The notes under the pieces are model-generated. The model was not told the origin of the DNA, made no database searches, and saw nothing but the letters and a program-made list of their open reading frames with translations. A stretch of 64,000 nucleotides of DNA. Origin: Phoronis australis. Taxonomy: Eukaryota > Animalia > Phoronida. This document shows positions 12,429-25,400 of the stretch, in pieces. The first letter of the stretch is position 1; each line of letters begins with the position of its first letter. The position numbers and the translations under genes were made by a program. Location of the stretch: assembly GCA_002633005.1 (NCBI GenBank), contig NMRA01000176.1, forward strand, positions 62,001 to 126,000, in the 5' to 3' direction.

Positions 12429-13477
12429 TTAAATTTGTTCCTTGGTTTACCTGAAATGCGTTTTAATCAAGAATGTTATATTTACTTCGAATCAATATTT
12501 CGAAAACACAGTACTGGTGTATTTGTTAAAGTTTGTTTCTTGGTTTTTGTACTTCACACATAGCCACATACACCTAATCCCAGAAAAATATAGACGCAGC
12601 TTTATAGTTTCACAAGTGTATGAGCATATTTACTCCCCATTTACAGTAATAGACCATTACTCACTATAATATTAAATTTGGCAAACAATGACGTCGATTT
12701 GATAAGAGTGATACTCTAAATTTTTTGTCGGAATCATAGTCATACCATGTGTAACCACTCAAGATTCGCTATATACCCTATGTATTTGTATGTTTGAAAA
12801 CCAAATGTGTTCTGAAAGAAAAAATGCCATGCGAGTTACTGTTTCATATAAAAATAATAATTTATTTGCATTACTATCTACAAACATTACACGAAAAGAA
12901 TTTAATATGTACTGTACACGTACCTGTCTAGTGAATCATTCAGATTTCTCAGTTCAGTTAAACCTCTTGAATTTGTATGACATATTCAACATATTAACCC
13001 TCCGTTGGATGTCTCATGTATAGCACAGTTCACAAATATTTTGCTGAAGAAACGGCAATGAGACACTGTAGATAAACGTGGTGAAGTCACGTCTGCTGCA
13101 CACAAACCTTTGAGTGGTAGTTATGGCAGCGACATCTGTTGGTCGCCAGAAAAACAGAACATCCGTGTTTTGAACCAGTCTCGTTGACTAACAAAGCGAA
13201 CAGTCTTGCGAACAGTACTCAGTGACAATCGAATGTCGCACAAAACCAATTCACAATCTAGCCTCAAATTTGGGATGGCTTGCGATTTATTGATTCTGAA
13301 AATTTTGCGATTCCCACCATTACAGCAGTGCCTCAATATCTGGAGGACTGCTCGAGTTGGCCAGAAGCTAAACAAAGCAGATGGTACCTTGGTTGTCCAA
13401 TTCAACAACATTTTAACAATTTTAAATGGTCCCTTTATTGTGGCATGGTAGTTCTGGAAGTAGAAATCCCTGGTATA

Positions 13478-16400
13478 CTATTGCGTAGCGAGGTACGAGC
13501 CGGCTCCTAACAGCAGATTCCTCCTGGTGAAGTGAAGGCAGAGAACAGGAGTCTGTTTTGTTGAAAAGCTGGAAATCTCATAGTTGCCATTCCTGAAACA
13601 CAGAAGAAGGATATGTCAGATTTTCAGACGTTTCGCACCTTGTAGTCTTTTCTTTTGAATTAAAATTGTTCTTGAGAAAATGAAACAGTCGCGTAACAGT
13701 AGGTTTGCCGACTTTCTAAAACTGTTCTGAGGTGGTGGCGTGTTGTAACTATTATTAAAGTCTCTTGGTCTAGTTACACCAACCTCTTACTTATTTTGTC
13801 AGCCGTGGTGTAGTGGTTAAGGTGCTGGACTCGAAATATCTGTAGTTTCAGAAGTTGTGGGCTCAAATCCTTCCTCGGACAATATATAATCAAAAAAATC
13901 ACACCATGATGAGTGTACCAGATATCCTAGCTCGTTCTTCTAAGAACACAGGAACAACTGATGATGGGCGGAGAATGACCGAAACGTCGTGAAAATGTAA
14001 ACAGAAAAGAAGTCGGCGTAAATAGACCAAGAGATTTTAATAATAGTAGTAGGCTTTCTGGTTTAATGCCCAAAATGAAAGTTTCATTCAAACGTTCCTT
14101 TTTAGCATTTTATCAATCAAGCCTAGGTATCAGGTGTCAGAGTGACCCTACATTTTCTCGAACTTTGACCCCCAAGGGTTAAGGACTGGGATCCCCTAAT
14201 GTTGTTTGCGCCAGGGGGCAAAAAGATGAATATTGAGTTTATGAGTGCATGACCTTGGTCCCAATTGTGATATGTTGCAATGAGAAATAACTAAAACAGT
14301 ACTAAGCTTCAATTCTTTGATCTTCCCTCGTTATCCAATATTTTCCAATGTGGATTGCTCTGCACTAGTACAAGATTGAAATGGACTCAAAAAATAGGAA
14401 GCTGGGTGAATTGGACTCCAGTGTTTGAAAGTGCAGGGCAAACACTGAGGGTGGTTAAATTGAAAGATTAAAAAATTGCGATGCAGGGTAAAAATGAAAG
14501 ACTTTAAAATTTCAGGTTTGGGCATTTAGCATGGATGTGGGAGCAACAGATACAGTAAATAAATATTGAACAAGCCATACCATTATACAAAGTAAATAAA
14601 TATTGAACAAGCCATACCATTATACAAAGTAAATAAATATTGAACAAGCCATACCATCAGATGTCAGATTAGACAATAGGAGAATTACGTTACTCACAAG
14701 TTGGCTGTTCCAGGCATGTTGACATCCCCCTCTGTATCTTGCTCTGAGAATATTTTACTAACGTCCCAGAGTCTTACAGTATTGTCCATTCCACCTGGGA
14801 TAGAGATTTTAAATGGTACACTCAAGTCACACATATTACATCGTTGCAGCTGAAAACTAGACAAGTGCAGGTGGTCTGATAAGTGTTGTATCAGATGTGT
14901 GCAGGCCACTCAGCCAGGTACATTGCATGAAACACAAACAAGTTTGTGTTTACTAAACTGATACATTCGACACATACAAATAAAGACCAAGCTGAAGAGC
15001 AAGAAACCTCACACAAGGGTCTAGCAGTGGGGTCCATTGGGATTACGACCTTGAGAGCATGAGGCGGCCGCTCAACCCACTAAGCTACACTGACTCTTTG
15101 TTGCAGCTGAACTTGAATAGATGATTTGAGTTGCGCAGTTGGGCATTCACAGAAAAAATCTTTGTCTGTTTGCATCCAACTTAGGCACCAGAGAAGTACA
15201 CTCAGGTACCATGATTCTTCATGTATGTCACACAAAAAATAATTTACCAAACATTGTACAGTAATTTTTTATTTGTGAAAGGCTAAATTAAGTTGCTGGA
15301 AGTAATGGAGACTTCATCACCAAATGCTCTTTTGTCACATCTACACTGTATAAATCATGTCAGCAATGGAGTATACTTTTGAAATGATAAACTTCATTTT
15401 TGTCAAGAAATTTGACAAAATAGAATTTCATGTGTCAGCCATGCAGTGTGCTAAATAAGTGAAGAATTTCCATACCCGAGGAAAGTCTAGGGGGCTTTTA
15501 CATATGAATCAGATGCCCCAACCTGAACAGACATCACGGTCTGCAACTTCCAGCTGTGTATGACCTCATTTTATCTGCAGGTCAGACAAACTGACACGGG
15601 AATCACAGTCGCAGACAATTAGAGGAAGGGTGGAAACCTCTATTAATCTGAACAACATGCTTTCTTGTAAGTAAAATTGCCCAGCAAATCTTTTCGATTC
15701 CTCTCGAATATCAATTTTAAGTTATTAATAATCTTAGGAAGGAATTAGATGAGACAGACCTGAGCTGCTTATTTTCTACCAGCTGGTTTCTTTCCTCGTT
15801 GAGATTGGGACAAATTTCAATGAAGAACGGCAGCTGTTTAATGTGCTGAATGCACTCTGTGCCTAATGTATAAACACCAGGTCACTGACCACCTCGTGGC
15901 TGGTAAAACCTACCTGACGCTAGCACTGCACCTTCTCGACTGAACACAACACTATAGATGGCATCAGTGTGCCCCTTCAGTTGGCCAATTAAGTTTCCAT
16001 TAGCCAAGTCCCATAGTAGCACCATTTTGTCTACACCTATAAATGTAATGTACTGACTATATAAATAGTTAAAATATTAAAAGAAGGCAATAGGCTATTA
16101 TACACAATAAGTGAAAATCCATACAATTACAAATGAAAATTTGTCGAAATGTTGAAAAAGATGAACGCACATTTTGAATTTGCTTTAATTTCTCTACAGA
16201 ACATCCAGGCAAATTGTATTTACAACATCATCGTCAATAGTTGGCAAACCTACCTGCCGAGGCAAGATAACGACCATCGGGTGAGAAGGTCAAACAATGT
16301 ATTGCACCCTTGTGTCCTGTCATAGTACGCACACAGTTGCCATTGAGGACGTCCCACAGGCGCACTGTGCGATCACTGGAGCCAGTTGCCAAATAATTAG

Positions 16401-19400
16401 AGTTGGGATGAAATTGGATGCTCTGAAAGAAACATCACGGCACATGTAACCGATTGCATTATGAGACTCATTACAAAACCACTACTACTCCCCTCTGGTG
16501 CAGTAAGGCTTCAGTCACAGCATAGACTATATTACATGGACCGCCAACTCTGTATATTCTCAATGGACACATAGCCCTGACGTCATTATTCACTAGCGAC
16601 ACCTGTCAAAATTAGCAAGTTCTACTTCCGGCAAGTACATTGTCTGCTAATCATGGTCGGCTGTTGTGTGGCCGGGTTGCCAAAAGTACTCACAATACCA
16701 AGTTTCAATGCTGAAATTGTTCTATTTTCAATGTACTGGACAGTAAAATAGATGCGAGGATTTCCTGTCACAATACACTAACCGGAAACAGAAATCGGTA
16801 ATTTTGGAAAGTGGCGCCTTCTCTAGGATATTACGCAAGAAAATGTCAGAGTTGCGAATCTGTTGTCTATAATCTATGGTCACAAAGAGACAGCTGGGTG
16901 ATCTGCTCAGAGGTCAAACTTTAGAATCATTAATAATTACCATTGGATTTGTGACAAAGCAGCGAGGTACACACCAATGTCACATTAGAGTTTTATTAAA
17001 CATGGGAAGCATAATATCTAATGCAACACAGCTCCGAGCAATCAACTGAGTGCACAAATTCTGTCTTTAGTTTTTAACAGGTGGGTAAATTTCTTCATGC
17101 TTTCTCCAATTAGGTAATTTCAACAGTTCACAACATTTGGCACAACTACAAACATAAGATGTCATTTGCAGTCTGTGAAGTGTAACTTTCAGTGCACAAG
17201 TTTTTCAAATTCAGAATTAAGGTCTAGATTTTCAACGCTTACTTACATCAACATCAGACAGGTGACCAACAAATAGCCTAAGAGGTTGGTGATGGTCTGT
17301 TGACCACAGTCGTGCAGTTTGGTCATGGCTGACCGAAGCAAAATAGTGTCCATGAGGGCTGTAATGGAAATAACACAAGTATTAGTGACCATGAGGGCTG
17401 TAATGGAAATGGGGACAAAGGTATTAGTGACCATGGGCTGGTTATAAGCCTAAAAAGCTACTCTAACTTGTCTGGTTCAGTTGACATTGTGCATAGACCA
17501 CAGATCCCTATGGAACAGTTATTTTTAATTAATATTTTATACCTGATGCGCTCTCGCTAGTTTTCACAAAATTACAGCAAAAAGGTGGAGAAAATAAAGA
17601 ACATAAACTAACAATTTACTTTTATGGTGACTACTTCCAAAATTTTCCCACAATATTACTGAAGAAGAACAGTCCAGCCACTTCAGACGCAGAGCGGATC
17701 CAGAAATGGCCAAGAAAAGGTAAGGGCATTTCTAATCCCAAACCAAACGCTAATTAGGGCCAACATGAGTTACAAAACAACATCTCTGAAAGTTTTTAGA
17801 CTTGTCACTAAGTTATCTGAAACACACAACATGCTGAAACAATGTGAGAAAGACCTTGGCGGCATACAAACACAACTGCCAGGTATATTCTAAGAAAACT
17901 GCATAATAAACAGTAGCATCTAGCTAAGTGACTAAGGGCTGTTCCAGTAAAATCTGTATGGGAGGGGGGAAGGCACCTATTTTTCGCACCCACCACCCAT
18001 ATTTTTCATTTATTTCTTCAGCCTACCACCCGTAATTTTTTTTTGTTCTTGTGGTTGACTGCACACGTCATTCATTACTACGAAAAAAAATGTTTCTTAT
18101 ATATGGTTATTAGCCGTCAAGAAATTCGAGCACCTGTGGTTAAATGGTGTTATGGGCATGCCGATGAGGAGATCGGAGGGAGTGAAAAAGTTGGAGCTTT
18201 TTGCAAGTTGCATTTTTTGTTTCAGTTTTTGATTCTGTAAGGATTGTTTATAAAATTTACTAAAATTACCCACCATCAAACATTTATGGCCCAATGAAAC
18301 AACAACAACCTGTCAATTTTTATTTGTTTGAAGTACGACCACCAGCCATTTTGAATTTAAATCAAACGCAACCACCCATAAATTTTTATTTCAGTTGCCT
18401 CCCCCCCTCCCACACAGATTTTGCTGGAACAGCCCCAATGTAATTCCATCTGGCTAGCAACAAGTTGACGTCATACGACAACAAACACAATAGTGGCTAG
18501 TCGCAACAACGTTATGTAGAATTAACAATTAGACATTAATAACATCTCATCAAACTGTGACAAAATGAATCAGCGGCTAGGGGCAATAATGTCAAATCGT
18601 CTCTACCGAAAAATCAACCACAGTGCTATTCTACTGCGACAAACAAAAGTTCCCACAATTTTATTGCTAAACAATTTTGTCATGAAATAAGTCAAAGTTT
18701 GGCACAGTTTGTAAGAGTTCTACTGAACTCTGTCTAGTCCATTTTTAGTAACTAATTAAAGTACATCAACCAACACCATCAGGGTTAGTATTAAGAATTG
18801 AATGACACATCTTTATAGCCACTGCCAAACAAGCTAATGAATGAAACATAACACACAGCTGAAATGGGAGAATAAAGCCATGAATAACTCGACACATTCA
18901 AATCTCAGTCAACTCCTACCTAAACTTGACATCCCAGACAGGGTAGTTATGTCCCTTGTAACACACCAGGTTGGTCCACGTTAGTAGACTCCACAGTCGC
19001 ACCGTACCATCCTCAGATGCAGACAGGAGATAGTTACGGTCCGGGCTAAAACTTGTACCATAGATGGGACCGCTGTGGCCCAGGAGAGTCTTAGAATCAG
19101 ACGCCGTGCGTTCATCCATCATTCGCACAAGTACATCGTCTGCAGCAGGAAAACAACAAATTTAGAGATTTCTTGCAAGGGACGTGTGCCAGACACGAAG
19201 AAAGGTGGTGTTACAACCTTTGTGCAAACCCCACCCTTCCATGGATACCAATGCTGACTGACAAATTCCCTCACACCCCTTGTAAAACCAATCAGTGGAC
19301 TCCAATTAATTTGTATGATTCACTGTTTGAAATTAAATGTAACTCTGAAAAGCACTTCAAGTCAAAACAGAGGACTTTAAAACCAATGTTACAAATGACC

Positions 19401-22400
19401 GTGAATTCAGAAGCAAGAGACCACTGGTAGATACAATAAAGTGCCAAGCAGACGACCAATTATTAGTTGCTAATGATTTTGGAACTGTCAAAGTATCTTC
19501 AAGCATCAATAGGAAGACTATGAAAGCTAATCTATACTACGGCGAAGGACTCACCAGCCTCTTGGTCAATTACGTTCAACTCTGACGGATGTTTTACAGC
19601 ACGTAACTTAGTGGAAGTGAGGCTCCATACACGTATGAAAGCATCCTGGAAGCCAGCTGCCATGAGTGTGGAGTCATCACTGATGTCGATGCTGGACACA
19701 CTGAGAGACACAAGAGTTCATAGAACGTTAGCATCATGCAGCAGGACTCACTTTAAAAAACTCCTGCAACTGATGAGTTTGGTTGCAGCGCCGAGCAATT
19801 GTGAGAGGCTGACAGAATACTTTGAAATCCCAATGCACTGCTAGGATTTTCAGTGCTCTAATGGCAGGAGGCATACCGTACACTAAAATGCATAGTTAGT
19901 TTAATAATTATTTAGTTTTCACTGTACATAAAAAAATAGGGCTGAGTGTCTAATTATTGAACTCAAATTCCAAATTATTTTTAATTTTTTATCCATGGCT
20001 GTGTGCTTGAGGAGGCCGAGTTTCTAGAACAAGTTTGCACCTGATAACTCTTTATGTAGTTAGTTTTCGAAATTATCTTCTTATTTTGTGTATTCTATGA
20101 AAAGTTTGGTTTAAATCTGAATAGTCGTTTGTGAGATAAGATGTTCCAAGTTAGCCAACTTTGCATATTTTCCTAGGATCCTGCATAAACCTTAAAGGGT
20201 TTACGCCCAAAGTGGCAAGGCAGTACGAAGAGTGGTTTTCAGAAATTTGAAAGCAGTATATCTATTGTGATACAAATAATTTCTAAATTAAACCAATTTC
20301 CATAGGGAAAATCCTTAGCAACTTGGTGTTACGGAATTCCAACTGCTTAAAATAACTTACCCTTCATAAGCATTAAGAAATGTGTAGAAACAAACGTGTG
20401 GTTGCTTATTAGAACCTAGTTTCACTCTTTTTAATGCTTCCTTGAAAGACAAAATCTTGTCAACTTTATCGGAATCTTTCCTAAAAAGAGACGCATCATG
20501 GTTTAGTGGCAACTTACAAAAGGGATAGTGTGATGAAGCCTTGCCATTTTTGAGTGGCTAAGGCTCGTAACATGGAATTGATCTGATTTATAAACAAGGA
20601 AAGGACAAAGTAATATAAAGCCAACTTCACGTTCAATCTGCTGACCTTAATTTATACTAATTATTAACTGACACTTTATGGTCCCAAAGTATTTGCAAAG
20701 GAGAGTGGAAAGAATTTCCCATAAGTCATCATTCTGGGTAAGCAATAAGAGAAATGATTTTGACACACTTGATGTTTAACTCTTCAATCAAACTGTGTGT
20801 AAAGCTTAGGATATATTTGTCACTGTAAGACTGTTAAAACCAAGAAACACGAAACAATATGTTGTACAAATTATCAAATATGATGACAGGACTCCCATTG
20901 GAGCAAATAAATCATTCCGCTAATATTGAAGATCAACACTGATAGACTAGGCTTGCGTCATCCACTGGTGTGGTTGACCGTAGTTACTCAGAAAGGAATA
21001 TCTAGTTTTCCTTTTTGATTTGCAATGGAGCTGAGCAATACCCACAGCATTAAAATTATACAGTACCCACCAAAAGTATTCAGACAGACAAAAAACAAAA
21101 CTGCTCTGTCATTATAGCAGGGCAGAAGCCGAATTCATCATCAGAGTATTCCTCCCTCATGACCGAGAATGAAGAGGAGGGAACGGGAAATTTCATAAGG
21201 TGACTAAGCCATTCTGAAATTAAAATTTTGCCCCTGACAGTTAGTACCAGTCATTTTTGCTGTTGACAGAATTAGCCGCCATGATGGGAAACGATATTAT
21301 GTCGGATTACTTTTGGGTAGTACTGTACCCAACATTTTTACTTTGAATCAAGCTCACTAAAGAGTAGAGCAGAATTTTGTCTGATCTCTACAAGCGTGTG
21401 CTGCAGCTACTATCCACTACACAGACGACAGGTAGACAACACAATGGGAACAGTAATATCCATGACAGCTGGGAAGATCATGGTCAGAGTAGTCTCCCCT
21501 GTTGACCGAATATGAAGGGAATTAACAGGAAAGTTATTAGCATGGCTATGATATTCTGGAGTAAGAATTTTGTCGTCCCGATATTTATTACCAGTCAGTT
21601 TTGCTGATAACAGAATTAGCTTTCATGAAGGAAAACGGGATTCCTTTTGTCTTGTGCTACAGCTGTAACAAAGCAAAAATACAACTTACAGTTCGGGAAG
21701 AGGTATTCTGTTATTCTGTGGTGCATTTGGGTCATTCTTGGATTTCTTGAATAAATTGGGGTCTCTCTTGGCTTTCTTTTTCTGCAAACACGAAAGTCAA
21801 GTCATTACAATGAAAGAAACATATGGCAAAAAAGCAACCATCACTGACACAGCAGAATACAGAAAAAGAGGTAGCAACTACTGCTTCTCAAAGTTATGTA
21901 GGAACTACAAAACACGTCTGTTCATTCAGACAAACATCTACAAAGCTCTGGAATTTTTTAATTCAAGAAAAGTAGTATATATCTTCTGAAAGCAAAAAGC
22001 TTGTAAAATTTGACTTATGATTTTACACCAGTCTGTCACTGATTGGGTCATAACTCATGTGACCATGTCTTTTTAATAATAAAATTTTGAACGAAAAAGA
22101 AAGGTGCAATCACAACAGAACAATCATATAACATGATCAAATTTCCTTTGATATAAATGTTCAAAATGAAATCTCAAAAATGATGTTACAAAAGAAATTT
22201 CATTTTTATTACATACAACTTTGCTTTAATTTTTAAAATTTTCATAAAAGTCATTTTTGAAAACCCATAGGCAAAAATGGAAAAAGTTTAAAAACAATTC
22301 CCACCAGCATATAGGAGAACAACGCATAAAGTAAGATAGCATTTGAAAGTTTGAGTCCGATAAGTCATTTCTGAGATATGATGTTGCAAAGTAAGCCAAA

Positions 22401-25400
22401 GTTAGTAGTCTTTTTCTAGGGTTCTACATACAACCTAAACCCAAAGACCAGGCATGGGCGCGTTACCTTTGGTTTGTCTGTCTGTTCATCCCCAGCCTCA
22501 TCATCATCATCCAATGGGATGTGAATATCTGGTTCCTTGAGCAGGCCATGAAAAACTTTGGATTTGTTGGCTGAAAACAAAAAACGACAAATAATTAGAA
22601 ATGCTTATAAATGTAGATGTAACATCGATAGGAGTCTATAATACAGTACAAACAATTGTAGAGAAATACTTCAAGAACTAATGAAGTGCAAAACATGAGG
22701 TATCAATCCTGAGCCCTTGTTACCCTGAGGGGAAACGAATCTGTGCCTTCTGAAATGGCAACCCATCACCNCCATTAATCAAGTCATGGGCAACTTGATT
22801 TGAGCCAACTGTTTGTCTGCAGTCCTATTGAATTGAAAAGTTATGCAACACTAAACTGGTGTTAACACATATAAGAAAATTGATGATTTTTAAATAAAAA
22901 GTATGAGGAGTAAGATAAAAAAGTTCCAATATTCACTTGACATAGAAGTATAGAAGAGTTCGTGGAGACAGTTTGAGATTCATAGATCCTTATAAATAAG
23001 AAAATGATCATTGAAATTATACACAGGGTGAACAGAGACACCTGGTGGTTGCCAAAAGTATTGCTCACAGGCTACTTTAGTTTTTGACAATATTGGACAA
23101 GACAACTAGTTCTTGTCTGTCAGTCATCTAAGTTCTTAACAGGTCCTCCTGGAGGCAATTTGTTTGCAAGTGTTGGATTTTATATTTTAACCTATTAAAA
23201 ATAATCAAAAAATTATGGGTCATGGGTTGGAGAAATAAATGAAAAATATGGGCGGTGGGTACGAAATAAAAGTGCCTTCCCCCCTCCCATACAGATTTTG
23301 CTGGAACAGCCCTTACCAGAACAGGTTGTTAGCTTGGTGTTTTGGTGTTTGGAGCAATGCAATAGGTGGCGCTATTACACATCACACAGCGCCATCTGGT
23401 AATAGGTCAGACAACCAGCTTTTTATTCAGGAAGTAGTTTGAGAAACTTTGAGATGGTATACAAGTGGTGGTAAGTTTTTGTCAATAACTTGCAAATTGT
23501 AGCTTTAGGACCAGAAAATGCTGCTACATATGTAACATTGCAAGAAACAGATACTAAAATCACCATGAATGACAAAATTTTTACTGAGGATGTACTAACC
23601 CAAACATCCCCAAATGTTTTTCAGTTCGAGTTCTGAGTAAACACCCACCAATTACTATGATCTCAATCCATTGTACTGATCAGGTTTGGTGGCGGTTGCT
23701 CAGATTCACAATGAAAAAGTGATGAAATATAACTGCCGTATGCATCTATGTCCATCTAGTTGACATAAAAAGTAAACTTAAACAAGTTCATGTCTCAAGT
23801 TGATTATGGTTTACTGTTTTTCATTAAGGCTGAAACCTGTCAAAATGTCAAATGATATCCAAAGCCAAATACTGGTTCCAGTGATGAGGATTTAAAGGCA
23901 TTAACGGCGTATACACTGGTAGAATCTGCACAAAGCAGTTTCACAGTGTGCTAGGGTATCAGGCTTTCACCTAAGCTACTTCTATGACACACCTCAGCCA
24001 TACACTAGACTTGTAACAATAAAAGTCTCGCTGGCTATAGTGGACAAGTGTAATTTAAATTTTTTCACTTTTCTCCATGAAAATAGAATGACCAAATTAA
24101 TACTTAACAATTTTAACGCACTGCACCACATCTACAATCATACAGTATTTTTAGAAAGTTTCTAGACTTTTATTTATTAACAGCATTGCAAGATGTCATT
24201 GAAAAACAAAACAAGTGCCAACTTCTCCATTTATTTGTTAGCAATTGATGAAAATTTAGTGGGAAAGCGACTTCAAAATCCATTCACTTCATGTAGAGCA
24301 AACTAGAATTTCACTTCCATTCCTCTATGCTATGCTAAAAATCTATTTAATGTCTGACAAAAGTAATTCCCATTTTTAAAGATGTATTTGCATGATAACA
24401 AGGGGGTTCCAGGATTTTTAGTTAGGGGGGGGCAGGGCAGAACATTAGCCAGGATTTGGCCGTCAGACATTCGCACCCCCGAATTGCCAAATGGAATCTG
24501 AGAGAGTTTTAGGGGGGGCCGTGGCCCCCTTGGTCCCCCTCTAAATCTGCCACTGCTAACTATGCTAATGTATAGCTGGAACTAAATAACAATGCTATCT
24601 GAACATCATCTACGCTAAACAAAGCACAGTTCTGTTGTATTCATTGAAAACTTGTAAATGTGAAAACAAAAAATTCAGCAAATAGGTGACCTTTGCACTA
24701 ATGACGTAGCTTGGGGGCTCACATAACCCGCATCATGCGATCTTATTCCCCAACACCACGTCATGATACTTGCTGGACACGGTTGCGTGATTTACAACGG
24801 ATCATTTTCGACACCAAACTTGTTCTTAAAGCATTTGGCAAGTTTTAACCTACTCCATATTTACATTGTTGCTATGTGTTGTGTTTTTAACTAATTTGAC
24901 CAAGCAATCACAGAGATAAGGAATTAGCATGCAAGTTCCACATGCGACATATCTTTCTTAAAAAATGATGAAATTTCCCTTGTCAGCCATGTGTCCTGAA
25001 ATTGGTGAGATTTTTGCGCAATCTATACTGAACAGTAAAGCAATTAAGGAATAAGCGCGGGGCTCACTCATATTGACAAGGTGCCCGCAGGAGTGTATCA
25101 AAAATTACAGGTAGGCGGTACTTTCTCAGCAAGTTTTGTGGGCCCCACGCAGGGTTCAATAGGCCCCTAAATTTCCATTTCTTCCCCTGCAAAAAGCCCA
25201 TTGCATTGGCCTCAGCTGAAAAATCTAACTAACCTACAAAAGGGGGTGGGAATTAGTAGACCTGGCACCTGCAATAGAGGGTCATTCAGCAATTGATCTA
25301 TCGCCACGATTTTGAGTGACGGCTTAAATGACAAATCAGAACGCAGCATTCTTGACACACCATCGTTTCCAAGTCGCCATTTTACCCGACAAACAAACGT

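Noticed and set aside
13798-13880. Functional tRNA-Ser gene
   Set aside because: The acceptor and anticodon stems pair poorly, the T-loop lacks GTTC, and it sits inside an inverted-repeat element. It is tRNA-derived rather than a tRNA.
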